From Paramoeba atlantica (lineage: Eukaryota > Protista > Discosea): 64,000 nucleotides of DNA. The translations under genes and the position numbers were made by a program. The stretch lies in NCBI GenBank assembly GCA_977017575.1, contig CDRNVI010000015.1, positions 248,001 to 312,000 on the forward strand, written 5' to 3'. The notes beneath the pieces are model-generated. The model saw only the letters and a program-made list of their open reading frames with translations. It searched no databases and was not told the DNA's origin. Shown piece by piece: positions 50,259 to 61,006 of the stretch; positions within the stretch are counted from its first letter, which is position 1, and each line of letters starts with the position of its first letter.

Positions 50259-53216
50259 ATGTCACATGATCTTTATGATTCTTTCGCACGAGCTATCAGC
50301 ATAGCTTATGGAACGAGCCACAGCTCTTCGGAAAGAAGAGATGCCGAAATGCGGTTGAACGAGCTTCAACAGTCGCCAGAGGCTTGGAATTTGCTTCAAA
50401 GTGTGCTATTCGCTAGGAAATCCAATACATATGAGTGTTTCTGGATTTTTCAGCTTGTTGTCGAAGAGCTCAGTAATTTCAGGAAACGGTTTGGTGAGGC
50501 TGATCTTCAAAGTGTGTATTTTGCTATGCAAACATGGATAAAAGATCAGGTACCAGATTCGCAATTTCCAAGATTTCTTATTAAAAAATGCGTTCAAGCA
50601 CAATGCGCGTGCCTTTTTTGCTCTAATTCAAACGAATTTTACAAAATTTTCTTTCGCGAATCATTTTCATACCTAGAGAGTCCAGTCCCCTCTGTTAAAA
50701 ATCTTTTTTTCCTTCTTTGGCCTGCTTTGAATGAGTACATTGCAGCTGAAGAAATGCATTCGCTTGAAAATATTAAGAGGAATGTCAAGGAATACATGCG
50801 AGCAGAAGTTCTTGTCCGATTGATAGAAACTGTTTATCGACGGATTGGCGAATTAACGAAAGGCGAAGAGCCTAATGCATCAATGTTTCTTGACCTCCTA
50901 GAACCATACATTACGTGGGTAGATGTTTCACTGGTGTCGTCAAAAGAATGGCTGTGTCTTCACTTCGAGCTTTTTAAGGACAATGAAGCGTGCACAAAAG
51001 CATCTGACTTATTGCGTCTCGTTGTTGATCGAAAGATGGCTTTTGACAGGAAATATATAATACTTGAATCAGTGTACGAGAAGCAATTATTTTCTTCTAT
51101 GAGTGATAGAGAGCACTTGTCAATAGTTCAGTGCAACCCAGATACATCCAGCACCACACATGAAAGTTTCTCCCTTCTTCGCTTGAGCGTGGGGCTACAA
51201 GCATGTGAACTGTCCGAAATTGGGGAGATTTCGTGGGTGGCGGATTTTTGCGACTGCATACTATCGGCCTTACTAACAAATAGAGCAGTTTTCTTGAATA
51301 ACACTAAACAATTAACTGAATTTTGTCAAAAATTTCTTCTTTTACTCCAGAAGCGCGGTGAGGATTCTCTTGCAGCACGAAACGTGGATACTTTGCTCCA
51401 CTATTACTTTGTTCAATTTATGTTACCGACTCAGCAAGTCAATCAAACTGAGCAGGAAGAGTTCATGGCAAAAAGGCCTCATGTTGCATCTTTTTTGCGC
51501 TTTCTTTTTAAGAATTTCCCTGTTAAAGTCTTGCAGTTTTTCCTAGTTGGAGTTGAGCAACTGATGACAGCTTCTATTACACAAGCGCCATTGCACATTA
51601 CGGAAGGAATCTTGCGCGGTTTATACGAGATTTGTTCCGGTATGAAACCTGAGGTCGTACATTCAGATGCTCTTTGTCTTCTAGTTCAAAAACTTTTTTG
51701 CATTAATTTTTTTGAGCATTCGTCGCCAATCATACATTTGAGCTTTTCTGAATTAATACACCGCCTTGCACCCATCTTGGAAGGAACGGAAGAGTCTACA
51801 CGTGTTGTTTTCGTTGCGCTTTTGAATAGTTCAAACGGAATAAGACACGCAATACCGACGGTACGTCAACGTATAAATCAGATTTTCGCTCAATTATGCT
51901 TTTCACTACACAGACAGCTCTGTCCATACTTCCAAGAGCTTGTGTGCACTTGCCACGAAATAGTAGACTGGCGCATTTCAGAAAATATATCACCGGAGGA
52001 AACTCATGCCACGTATGCTCATCGACGTATTCTTTCGCCTACTCTACCCCCATCCGATACTCAGAGAAATATTCAGGATATTATAAATCGGGTGGATGCC
52101 ACACATTGGTATTCTCCATTCCCAGCGACTAAATTTGATCTACATGAGGACATTACGTATCTATTCCAAGCGCTTGGTGGATTGGCACGAGATTTTTCTG
52201 ATTTAACAGAAAGATTGGAAAATATTCTTGAATCTCTGCTTAGCACAATGAAAAAAAATACTAGTAATTACAACGCTATGGTGGTGACCCTCCGCGCAGT
52301 TTCGGGATTGCTCAAAGGGATATCACCTACGCAGAAAAGAGTTATGAAATATTTTCTAAACACATCAAACGAAATTACGTCGCTTTTAAAAGAACGATGG
52401 CTGACTAGTCAGAAAGGATGGATTTTGCGTGAGGGTCTTTTGAAATACTTGCAAGTTCTTGTTAGGTTTGATTGTTCAGATGTCTACTGTTTTGCCTTGG
52501 CGTTAATCAAAGAGGTCCTTCCTGTAATCGACATCAATGAGCTGCGCAAAATTTTTCGACTATGCATACAGATAATACATTTGAATAAAGACAATTATTA
52601 CGCCTCTGTTCTCTTACCAGACTTGACAAAGAAACTAGAACAACTGGTACCTTGCAGTTGTGTAGAATTGGAGAATGTAAGCTGTGCGAGCGATAACGCA
52701 ATCTCTCTACAAACAGTTCAACTGTATTATCAATTACTGCTTTCGTGTATTAGTTTGTCTTTTATACTTCCTGAAGCCGCACAAAAAATTCTTTTGATTG
52801 GAATAACAACTCACCCCGATCTTAATCTCTGCTCTTCAGCAATTCAAGTCTTTAAACATATTTTTGAATTACCAGAAGGAAGGAAGTGCTTGATTGAGGC
52901 AAGTGATTCAATCTGGAGTGATCTTTGCATCGCATTGTGTACTCAAATGGTTTCTTCGTACATGAAAATTAATAATGAAAGAGCAAAGAAAATGACGTCA
53001 GATGTTATCACACTTTTGATTTCCATAATTAGATCCGAATTGCAAATCACAGCAAGCGGGAAAACGCAATCACCTGTTCTAAATACTTTACACGGTACAT
53101 TTTCGAATGACGAGCTAGTTGGTCATCTTTTCTCTTTGTGTCAAAGTGCGAGTAGCACTGCACAAGTAGTTGAGAAAATCGCTCAACACATTGCTACCCA
53201 ATCTATTGAACGGTAG
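50259..53216 (+). CDS. Exportin-T (tRNA exportin, Los1)-like karyopherin
   Basis: 985-aa HEAT-type protein with importin-beta N-domain (RRDAEMRLNELQQSPEAWN), FLIKK, and YITWVDVSLV resembling XPOT Y(I/V)SWIDI.LI. Confidence 0.65.
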   Translation: MSHDLYDSFARAISIAYGTSHSSSERRDAEMRLNELQQSPEAWNLLQSVLFARKSNTYECFWIFQLVVEELSNFRKRFGEADLQSVYFAMQTWIKDQVPDSQFPRFLIKKCVQAQCACLFCSNSNEFYKIFFRESFSYLESPVPSVKNLFFLLWPALNEYIAAEEMHSLENIKRNVKEYMRAEVLVRLIETVYRRIGELTKGEEPNASMFLDLLEPYITWVDVSLVSSKEWLCLHFELFKDNEACTKASDLLRLVVDRKMAFDRKYIILESVYEKQLFSSMSDREHLSIVQCNPDTSSTTHESFSLLRLSVGLQACELSEIGEISWVADFCDCILSALLTNRAVFLNNTKQLTEFCQKFLLLLQKRGEDSLAARNVDTLLHYYFVQFMLPTQQVNQTEQEEFMAKRPHVASFLRFLFKNFPVKVLQFFLVGVEQLMTASITQAPLHITEGILRGLYEICSGMKPEVVHSDALCLLVQKLFCINFFEHSSPIIHLSFSELIHRLAPILEGTEESTRVVFVALLNSSNGIRHAIPTVRQRINQIFAQLCFSLHRQLCPYFQELVCTCHEIVDWRISENISPEETHATYAHRRILSPTLPPSDTQRNIQDIINRVDATHWYSPFPATKFDLHEDITYLFQALGGLARDFSDLTERLENILESLLSTMKKNTSNYNAMVVTLRAVSGLLKGISPTQKRVMKYFLNTSNEITSLLKERWLTSQKGWILREGLLKYLQVLVRFDCSDVYCFALALIKEVLPVIDINELRKIFRLCIQIIHLNKDNYYASVLLPDLTKKLEQLVPCSCVELENVSCASDNAISLQTVQLYYQLLLSCISLSFILPEAAQKILLIGITTHPDLNLCSSAIQVFKHIFELPEGRKCLIEASDSIWSDLCIALCTQMVSSYMKINNERAKKMTSDVITLLISIIRSELQITASGKTQSPVLNTLHGTFSNDELVGHLFSLCQSASSTAQVVEKIAQHIATQSIER

Positions 53217-53436
53217 ATCATTTCAGGGTGCAATTAATTCTTTTGCTACTTAAAAGTGGCTATTATTTCCCGTTAGAGTATTACAAGGGTAATGTTTCAA
53301 ATTGGTGTAATTCATGTTTAATGCTGTAATATTTAGTTCTCTGGATACAATATTGAATGCAATACAATTATTATAGTAAATTTTAGTTTTTTTCATTTAC
53401 AAACGTTTTCAGCATCGAAAAGTATTTTGCACGAAG

Positions 53437-56400
53437 ATGAACGAAGCAATAGGTAGCATAGAAGCGAAATGTGTTGCCGTTTTTACGAATTCAGGGAGCA
53501 AAGAAGAACTCAACGTTATACGGTCTGAGCTAAATAGTCTTTGCACGCCATCCTCCCTCTCACAGCTGCGTAGTCTGTGTGACTCTAGCGAAAATACCTA
53601 CGCACATTTTTTTGCTGCTCAAAGTTTAGGAACACTCGTTGAACAGCGCTGGAGCGAAATTACGAAAAATGAGAAGGTAAAACTCTCGGACTGGCTGAGC
53701 GAGCAGCTCCTTTCGAAGTATACAAAATATCAGCCTTATGTAGTGAGCACTTTATCTCAATGCATGTCACGCTTTGTAAAATTTGGTTGGAACGAGCATA
53801 ATTCGTGGAGGTTATGGTCGAGTTCAATTACAGCGCAACTAATTCGCGGGAATACGAATCCTTCTAGGAAAATACATGGCTTAAAATTGCTTTTGAGTCT
53901 AATTACTGAAATTTGTTTGTGGCACTCCAGACGGCCTACTACTTTGCACCGTAAGACGGTTGCAAGTTTTCGAGATATTCAGTTATTGTCTATCTTCCAA
54001 GTTGCTTTACAGACACTAGACGAGAAGCAATATGCGACCGTCGATATTCTCCATGCAGCAGCTGCACTTTGCCTTGGCACTCTTAATTACGATTTTACGG
54101 GATTGCTTTTCGAGGAATGTGGTGACGACATCGGGCAAACTCAGATTCCTACTTCCTGGCGGGAAACAATATTTGAGATGAACGCCCTGCCAATGTTATG
54201 GTCGATATATGCGAAAACCGAACTTATTGATGCATTACGTTGCATCACCGCCTTAGCGAATATAAGACGAGCTTTCTTTACTTCAGAGGAGCAGCGCGGC
54301 CGATGGATATCATCAGTGTTATCAGGATTGATGGATTTGCTTCGACGACGTCGAACTTTGGGGTCGGAATCGCTGTGCGAAATCTTTAAAATGCACGCAA
54401 GGATAAAATCTACGTATCAAATGGTTGATCTCTCTATTTCTCCGTTTTTTGAAACTTGGATACAACTGTATGTTGAAACTACTCGTGATACGCTAGGCAA
54501 CAGAGCATTTAGTCGAAGTGCGATCCCAAATCTTATGTTATTTTGGTCGCGAGTGGCGACTTCCCAGCCATACTACTCGGGATCTGCCGTCAATTTAACT
54601 TCAGTGGTTAATAAAAGCTTGGTTGATGTATTCCAAGTATTCGTCGCGTCTTGTTTGGAAACTACAGAATCAGACTGCGAGAAATTGTCCGAAGAGTTTC
54701 CACTAGCAGATTCCGACTCAGTTATGCTGTACCTAGAATCTATTCCGCAGTTATTCCGCGTGCAACCATCACTTCTTGGAAGCTTTCTACTTGATCTCTT
54801 TTCTCAGACTAACAATCTGCAACAAATCGTAACGGAACAAACTACATATCTTTCGAAATGTGCTTGGCTACTTTATATATTTTCGATGGTAATACGCTCG
54901 TCGACCTCTAGTGGTCCTTCGGCTCATGACGGTGACACCACAGATGCTGAGTTGATATCTTGCGTTTTACGGTTCGTCTATACCAATTCAAATATAGGAT
55001 CACCAACAGTTGCTCGAGCCAGACTTGAACAGGCAGTAATACATTGTATGAAATCTTTTCAGCTTTCTTACATTGGTGATAGCTCTACACCACACTCGAG
55101 AATATACCGTCGTATAGCTTCAGCGCTGCACGACTGCGGTAAAGAATTCGAAGATTTCTCATGTGTGCTTGAATTCATAGTTAAAAAAATACTAATGAAT
55201 TTACGTCACTGGTGGAAGGAATCGACTCTTCTAAGTGACACATTATCTCTTTTTGTGGACCTTGCAAATGGTTTTCATTCAAGCAAGCAGTTGTTTGATT
55301 CACCAAGTATTCAGCAACTCTGTGAGGCTCACATACAGCAAAGTACTGGATTTGCTTTTCTAGAACATAAAGAGATTACATCTCATCGCACAAAGTATTA
55401 TCAGGCACTCACAACTGTATTTTTTCTAGAGCGCTTCAACGAGACCTCTTTTCTGTCCTTTTTGCGGCCGATGGATTCAGACATGCAATTAGTAGCTCAA
55501 GATATTAAAAATTGTACGGAGAGTTCTTCCCTAACAGTTTCGTCTTCATCTTGCCTAAGAGATTTACGCGGCATTTGCATAGCATGCACGAACAAACGCA
55601 TGTATGCGACATTCTTTTCTTGGTTATACGAAAACTACAGAGGCTTATTATTAGAGCTCGCGAAGTTATGTAATCGTGAGCTCGAACTGGGGAAATTACT
55701 TTTAAAGTTTTTCCGTCATTTAGTACTAAATCAGCAGCAAAGAATCGCGTTCGATAGTAACTCACCGAGTGGCATACGATTATTTAAATGGGCAGCACAA
55801 GTGGTGCAAATAATGGGGACACATTTCGTAAACTCGTGGCCACGTATACAGTCTTTGGAACAGCTTCTTCTAATGAATTCACTATTAACTGCATCACTGA
55901 CCATTTGGCATCGTTCTCTATCCGGAGGATTTTGCAACTTGGGCACTTTTGAAGTTTACGATGATCCAATACTTGAACAAACAAACGAAGCGGTGTTTCA
56001 GATGATTGAATGTGGTGTTTCCACTGATTTATTTCAACATATCAAGTTATATCAGGCATATTTCGCCTTCCTAGATGCAATCTCATCTGTGCGTCCAAAC
56101 TACGTATGTGCTCAAAGTACTTCGCGATTCATACGTCTTCTACAATCCATAGAGGCAGCGATGGAACAACCTGGAGTTAGTAAAACTGCCATGTCTAGCG
56201 CGTGTGCTTCGCTGCATCATATTTGTTCTCATATGTACGTTCAAGTCACCACGCAAGGGCAACAGTTGAGTCTCCTAAGTGAACATCTTCAAGCAGACCC
56301 TGAATTACTGCGTCGTATCATGGAATCACTCTTTCACTTACTGCTCTTTGATGAGAGAATGAACACATGGAGCATTTCACGGCCCCTACTGCCTCTGATA

Positions 56401-56595
56401 CTGCTGTGCCCGGAAAAGTACCACAGTTTTCGTACGAAAACCATTGAAGAACATCCAAAAGAGCGCAGCGAAGTTATTTCTCGTGCTTTTGAAGAACTTA
56501 TGACTGATTTAGAAAAGAATTTAGAACCTAGAACACGTGAAAAATTTGCACAAAACGTCAGTACATTCAGAAACACTATGAAAACTGCAAAATAA
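53437..56595 (+). CDS. XPO7: Exportin-7 / RanBP16-like karyopherin
   Basis: HRKTVASFRD.QLLSIF, LNYDFTG..ECGDDIGQTQIPTSWR, QRIAFDSNSPSGIRLFK, LSGGFCNLGTFEVYDD and WSISRPLLPLIL. Confidence 0.9.
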   Translation: MNEAIGSIEAKCVAVFTNSGSKEELNVIRSELNSLCTPSSLSQLRSLCDSSENTYAHFFAAQSLGTLVEQRWSEITKNEKVKLSDWLSEQLLSKYTKYQPYVVSTLSQCMSRFVKFGWNEHNSWRLWSSSITAQLIRGNTNPSRKIHGLKLLLSLITEICLWHSRRPTTLHRKTVASFRDIQLLSIFQVALQTLDEKQYATVDILHAAAALCLGTLNYDFTGLLFEECGDDIGQTQIPTSWRETIFEMNALPMLWSIYAKTELIDALRCITALANIRRAFFTSEEQRGRWISSVLSGLMDLLRRRRTLGSESLCEIFKMHARIKSTYQMVDLSISPFFETWIQLYVETTRDTLGNRAFSRSAIPNLMLFWSRVATSQPYYSGSAVNLTSVVNKSLVDVFQVFVASCLETTESDCEKLSEEFPLADSDSVMLYLESIPQLFRVQPSLLGSFLLDLFSQTNNLQQIVTEQTTYLSKCAWLLYIFSMVIRSSTSSGPSAHDGDTTDAELISCVLRFVYTNSNIGSPTVARARLEQAVIHCMKSFQLSYIGDSSTPHSRIYRRIASALHDCGKEFEDFSCVLEFIVKKILMNLRHWWKESTLLSDTLSLFVDLANGFHSSKQLFDSPSIQQLCEAHIQQSTGFAFLEHKEITSHRTKYYQALTTVFFLERFNETSFLSFLRPMDSDMQLVAQDIKNCTESSSLTVSSSSCLRDLRGICIACTNKRMYATFFSWLYENYRGLLLELAKLCNRELELGKLLLKFFRHLVLNQQQRIAFDSNSPSGIRLFKWAAQVVQIMGTHFVNSWPRIQSLEQLLLMNSLLTASLTIWHRSLSGGFCNLGTFEVYDDPILEQTNEAVFQMIECGVSTDLFQHIKLYQAYFAFLDAISSVRPNYVCAQSTSRFIRLLQSIEAAMEQPGVSKTAMSSACASLHHICSHMYVQVTTQGQQLSLLSEHLQADPELLRRIMESLFHLLLFDERMNTWSISRPLLPLILLCPEKYHSFRTKTIEEHPKERSEVISRAFEELMTDLEKNLEPRTREKFAQNVSTFRNTMKTAK

Positions 56596-56903
56596 GTTCC
56601 GATGAAAAGTTATTTTTATTGGAATCTACTTGTAACTTTATTAATCGAACTGTATTTTTTTAAGAAACTAAGCGTAAACTGGTGACAAAGGTCGAGCCCT
56701 GTTGGTCAATTACGTCTGCATACTCATACTGTACCTCTGATTTAGGCTTGAAATATTTTATTTAAATGTATCTCCCCTATTACATATCTCCCTTACATGT
56801 GAAGCCTATTCTTTTTCTCACCATCTCTTACTTCTACCTGTGACCCTAAAACTTTCATCTTTCATTACGTTCCTAAGAAATAGTGCATTTAGTATTTTTT
56901 CCA

Positions 56904-57359
56904 ATGTTTTTCTGCACCCTTCGAAATTTGGCAAAGCCGGGATCCAAGACATTAGAGCACCGCGGCCGTCTTCTAGGTCCCTCTCCAAAGGCGAGGTATT
57001 ACATTGGAAGACGTAGCTGCTACAAGGCTCGATTCCTTGACACTGGTCCGGGTTGGTCCCGCGTGTGGCTTGCTGTGAAGCCAGGCACGCGACACCGCCG
57101 TCACTCAAAGCCAAAAACTCACGTTGGAGAAAGATTGTTGTGGCGACCGATTCAGCGCGGCTATCAACGTCTCTACGAGAAGGACATTATGCGAAATCAT
57201 GTGAACAAATGGGTACCGGAAAAGCGTCTTCGAGCTGCTAATACGGAAATTGGGAGAGTTCGACACGCAGCTGATGGATATCATTTCAAGGGTCACGAAC
57301 GATTCGGTCCGGGACCATACTATCCGCTAGGATACAACGGAGAGTATAGAATGTTTTAA
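56904..57359 (+). CDS. Basic hypothetical protein, probable mitochondrial ribosomal protein
   Basis: 151 aa, very Arg/Lys/Gly-rich, with a presequence-like start (MFFCTLRNLAK). KPKTHVG is weakly reminiscent of bL35. Confidence 0.5.
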   Translation: MFFCTLRNLAKPGSKTLEHRGRLLGPSPKARYYIGRRSCYKARFLDTGPGWSRVWLAVKPGTRHRRHSKPKTHVGERLLWRPIQRGYQRLYEKDIMRNHVNKWVPEKRLRAANTEIGRVRHAADGYHFKGHERFGPGPYYPLGYNGEYRMF

Positions 57360-57501
57360 GTCATTAAAATTATTTTTGTCACGATGTAAAGAGAAACGAT
57401 ATATCCTACACACGTTCCACATCAGGAATTTAATCTAATCAAAGTGGAGTGGCTTTTGTCTTGCTCAATAAATCTTTCTTTGCTTTAGACTTGTTAAAAA
57501 A

Positions 57502-59196
57502 ATGTCTGAGGGGAATCCTGAACATGATAAAACGGAGCCAAACACGAAAGACGTCTACAAACCGAAGTTGCGTGTGGAATTACTTAATTTTCTTTGGTCA
57601 TTGCATGAGAAACATGGACTCCGTTCAGAAAACTATACTGAATATCGGCGATATCTCACTCATCGGCTTGCCCGTCTGTACAAAGAACATGGACTGAAGC
57701 ATGGAAAAGGCCGTTACGTCAAAAAACCTCTGAATAAAGAAAATGCCACACTGTACGCGCATGTTCTGATCATTCTATTAACTGCGGAACGCTCTTGGGC
57801 CTTGGCAGAAGATCGCAATCAAGATGTCATGAAGCGTCCGGACATTGCTCAGCGCGCATCTCGTCACATCCGCTCTCGTATGCGAAAATGTGTTCGTATT
57901 TGCAGCACACTTGAGGAAGTGTGTACTTGCGTTACTGATGAAGTTACGCTTCTCGAATGCCGTGTATACAAAGCCGAGATGAAAGCTCGTGGAGCAATGA
58001 TGGAGGACAAATTATGTGAAGCTAGAGTTTCATTTCAACGTTGCCATGATTTATATACTAAACTTAAGTCATTGTACGACGAAGACAGCTGGATCATTGC
58101 TTTAGATCGCATGCGTCCAATCGAGGAACTTTTTCGACATTGCCTTTATGTAGAAGGTAAGGAAGTCGACAGTACTTTATTTCATACGCTGCGAACATGT
58201 GCAGGACAAGGAGCATTGCAATGGGCTCAACAAACTTTGATTATACATCACCGACAACTACAGCGCATGGTGGAAAGGCTCGCAGATTGTGAGGAAAAGG
58301 CTAAGGAATTAACCACCATTGTCGGCATACCGAATGAAAGCACAATAAGACGCAACGCCGAATTTTATGATCGCTTAATCGCCGTGGCAAACGAATTTAT
58401 CAACAAGATTGAGGTTGAAATAAGAACTGAATCGGATGATCGAAGGCAGCTATATTTAATGCTACACTGCGTAAAATTTCAGCTGTGCCGTGCCCAATAT
58501 CGACGAACTCTTATGCATATTCGATTTTATGAATTCAAAAATATTCCAAAAGATTTTAAGACATGTTTGGATCTACCTTCTTCGATTTGCTCTGATCTCG
58601 TTCGATTGTATCGTTCGTTAATTGACGAATGTAGCGAAATATGCGAAATTCCGGGAATGGATCTTTCCGATCAGGAGTACTTTGAGGCATTACATGCCTA
58701 CGGTCGTGGTGCCGCCTTGTATTATCGCGCGTTGGTGTGGTTTTCTGTTCAAGAATCTATCAAAGGTGTGGCATGCATAAGGGAAGCAGAGACGCTTCTT
58801 GCGAGTTGTTTGAAAGTGGAAGCAGTTTCCGAAATCGCGAATTCTTTGTGCACACGTGTACGCGGGTGCAAGGCAAAGTTGCAGGCAGAAGCTGTGTTAA
58901 GCAAAGCTAATGAAAAGAAACTGGTAAATTGCCCCACGGAACAATCTGTATGGGTATTACCTCACAAAGAGCTTTCCGGGGAACAGGAAGTCAATGCAAT
59001 AGAAAGAATGCGTGCATCGAAGGAAGTGTGTCTTACAGATGAAATGCCCCAGCTGCTAACTATGTTCCCGAAGCCTACTTTTTACGATATTGCAGGTTCT
59101 TTCGTTATGAATCCCGAACCCGAAAACGGCTATTCTGAAGATGTGAAAGAAGAACACTCTAGTTCGCCTCGTAGTTGGCTTTCAAGTTGGCTATGA
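57502..59196 (+). CDS. SRP68: Signal recognition particle subunit SRP68
   Basis: LHEKHGLRSENYTEYRRYLTHRLARL, LLTAERSWALA, RSRMRKC, C-terminal PKPTFYDIA and terminal WLSSWL. Confidence 0.88.
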   Translation: MSEGNPEHDKTEPNTKDVYKPKLRVELLNFLWSLHEKHGLRSENYTEYRRYLTHRLARLYKEHGLKHGKGRYVKKPLNKENATLYAHVLIILLTAERSWALAEDRNQDVMKRPDIAQRASRHIRSRMRKCVRICSTLEEVCTCVTDEVTLLECRVYKAEMKARGAMMEDKLCEARVSFQRCHDLYTKLKSLYDEDSWIIALDRMRPIEELFRHCLYVEGKEVDSTLFHTLRTCAGQGALQWAQQTLIIHHRQLQRMVERLADCEEKAKELTTIVGIPNESTIRRNAEFYDRLIAVANEFINKIEVEIRTESDDRRQLYLMLHCVKFQLCRAQYRRTLMHIRFYEFKNIPKDFKTCLDLPSSICSDLVRLYRSLIDECSEICEIPGMDLSDQEYFEALHAYGRGAALYYRALVWFSVQESIKGVACIREAETLLASCLKVEAVSEIANSLCTRVRGCKAKLQAEAVLSKANEKKLVNCPTEQSVWVLPHKELSGEQEVNAIERMRASKEVCLTDEMPQLLTMFPKPTFYDIAGSFVMNPEPENGYSEDVKEEHSSSPRSWLSSWL

Positions 59197-59785
59197 AAGT
59201 ATGGAGTCTATTTTTGAACGAGTTTCTTTCATTGAGAAATAAAGCTCCATGAACACAAAAGTTATTAGTACTATTTTAATCCTTTTTCTCAGTACAGGAG
59301 GAATAATTTTCATCACAAATAATCAAGCACGGCGTCTTATGAACGACGAGAACCACTGAAAATCTAATGTCACCGGCACGCGTGATGCTCTGCTAAATAT
59401 TTTGTACAGTATTCAGTGCTATTCATTGTTATCATCTTTCGATATCTGTGTATGTTCCTTTTGTGCTGTCATTTTTCGTCCTGGTACAATATTTAAGTAT
59501 TTGGTCTTAATGTTTTATCTGTTATAAAATTCAAAACATACGAAATCTACACTTTACTAGTGCTGAATAAGATGCGCAATATCAAATTAAAAGATCTGTC
59601 CTAAGAAAAGTTAACTGAGACTTCAATTTTGAACGGGTATTGAGAAATAAATATTCGATGTACATGTAACGTAAAATTGGTATTTTTTTGCGCAATCTAT
59701 GATCATAGTAGTCTATGTACATGTATAATCTTGATTTTTTTCGTAACCACTCTTATGCATTTGATTTTAACCAACTTCATCTTTC

Positions 59786-60466
59786 ATGGAAGACGTGTGG
59801 GTGCCTCCGGATGAGATCGCAGGGCAAAAAGAGTCGGCGAGGGATACAGCTCGGATTCCATCCTTAATGGAACGACTGAATTTGCTTTGGACTAATGAAC
59901 GGTTGTGTATGGATTTGTTGCACTACGATGAAGGTATCGTAAATGCAGTTCTTTCTGAACTCTCATCCAGGGAGGAGGCAGCCTCCACGGCGAAATCCCC
60001 CAGCACTACACTTGCCTTTGACCCCTTTGATTTAATTCGCACCGAGCTGACCCGATGCAAATATATACTCTCGGACTATTTACGCATTAGACTAGAAAAG
60101 ATAGCGGAGATATCACACTCCCTGCTGCTTGATGAGGTGAGGCAGCGAAAGCTTTCTCCGCAAGAAAAGTCATGGGTTACAACGTATGCGCGAATGGAGC
60201 ACAGCGCCATGTTAGATGGTGGGCTTGGGATGTTGCCTGAAGAGCTGCACTCCCTCACCCCGGGTCCTCCTCCCGCGGATGGAGAAGAAATTCTTTGTGA
60301 GGCTCCTCTGCATCACTACGTATTTACCCGAGTTTTGGTGGACGTGGGGTCATGGGATCTTGGTGGCGAAGCGAATTCGTACGATCTAAAAAAAGGAGAC
60401 CTGTATGCGTTAAAATATGGAGCTGTCGCGGACTTGATCAAAAAAGGAAAAGCTGCTCTGGTATGA
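59786..60466 (+). CDS. GINS4: GINS complex subunit Sld5
   Basis: LLWTNERLCMDLLHY, ELTRCKYILSDYLRIRLEKI, LSPQE, and B-domain KKGDLYALKYGAVADLIKKGKA.LV. Confidence 0.9.
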   Translation: MEDVWVPPDEIAGQKESARDTARIPSLMERLNLLWTNERLCMDLLHYDEGIVNAVLSELSSREEAASTAKSPSTTLAFDPFDLIRTELTRCKYILSDYLRIRLEKIAEISHSLLLDEVRQRKLSPQEKSWVTTYARMEHSAMLDGGLGMLPEELHSLTPGPPPADGEEILCEAPLHHYVFTRVLVDVGSWDLGGEANSYDLKKGDLYALKYGAVADLIKKGKAALV

Positions 60467-60705
60467 AGTATGTCCTGTTTGTGCTTTTTGACGTTTGTTC
60501 CACTGCATTATTTTTACGCGTATTTTAATATGCAATGCTTCACAAGAAGACAAATAAGACAGGTCTTTTCGGTGAAAGTAAAGGAAAATTCGCTTTTCTT
60601 ATGACTTTTTAGCTTGGCATTTTTCCTTTCGACAAAAGGACATTATCTACGTACATAATATTGTATATGACTATTGTATACCCTTTTTCCGTTATTTTCT
60701 ATGGT

Positions 60706-60918
60706 ATGCCAGGGGTGTCGGGGGTTCGCTTGTCGAAGAAAGTTCACCCTCAGCCGTATATCACGCCGGACGGAAGCATAGTGCGAGCAGTGGCTTCAAA
60801 GCCACGGGCTTGTCACGAGAAGGGTTTTCTGTGGAAAAAGGACACTCATCACCAAAAGAAATGGAATTTGAGGATAGAGTGTGGCACTGTACTAAGAAAT
60901 GCAAGGGTAGATTTCTAG
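60706..60918 (+). CDS. Small basic ORF, possibly bL31m-like mitoribosomal protein
   Basis: 70 aa after a pyrimidine tract. KKVHPQPYITPDGSIVRAVASKPR weakly resembles the bL31/mL55 HP..DGS..PR motif. Confidence 0.4.
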   Translation: MPGVSGVRLSKKVHPQPYITPDGSIVRAVASKPRACHEKGFLWKKDTHHQKKWNLRIECGTVLRNARVDF

Positions 60919-61006
60919 ATAGGGTGTAAAGCAATTTTTTTTCAAAAAAGGCGAATTTTGCTTTACTTTAACCCTCTTTTCAATATTGTCTACGTAACAT
61001 TTGCTT

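Noticed and set aside
50259-56595. Adjacent exportin-T and exportin-7 as a functional cluster or recent duplication
   Set aside because: They belong to anciently separated karyopherin families with no visible sequence similarity, and gene order in kinetoplastid polycistrons is generally not functional.
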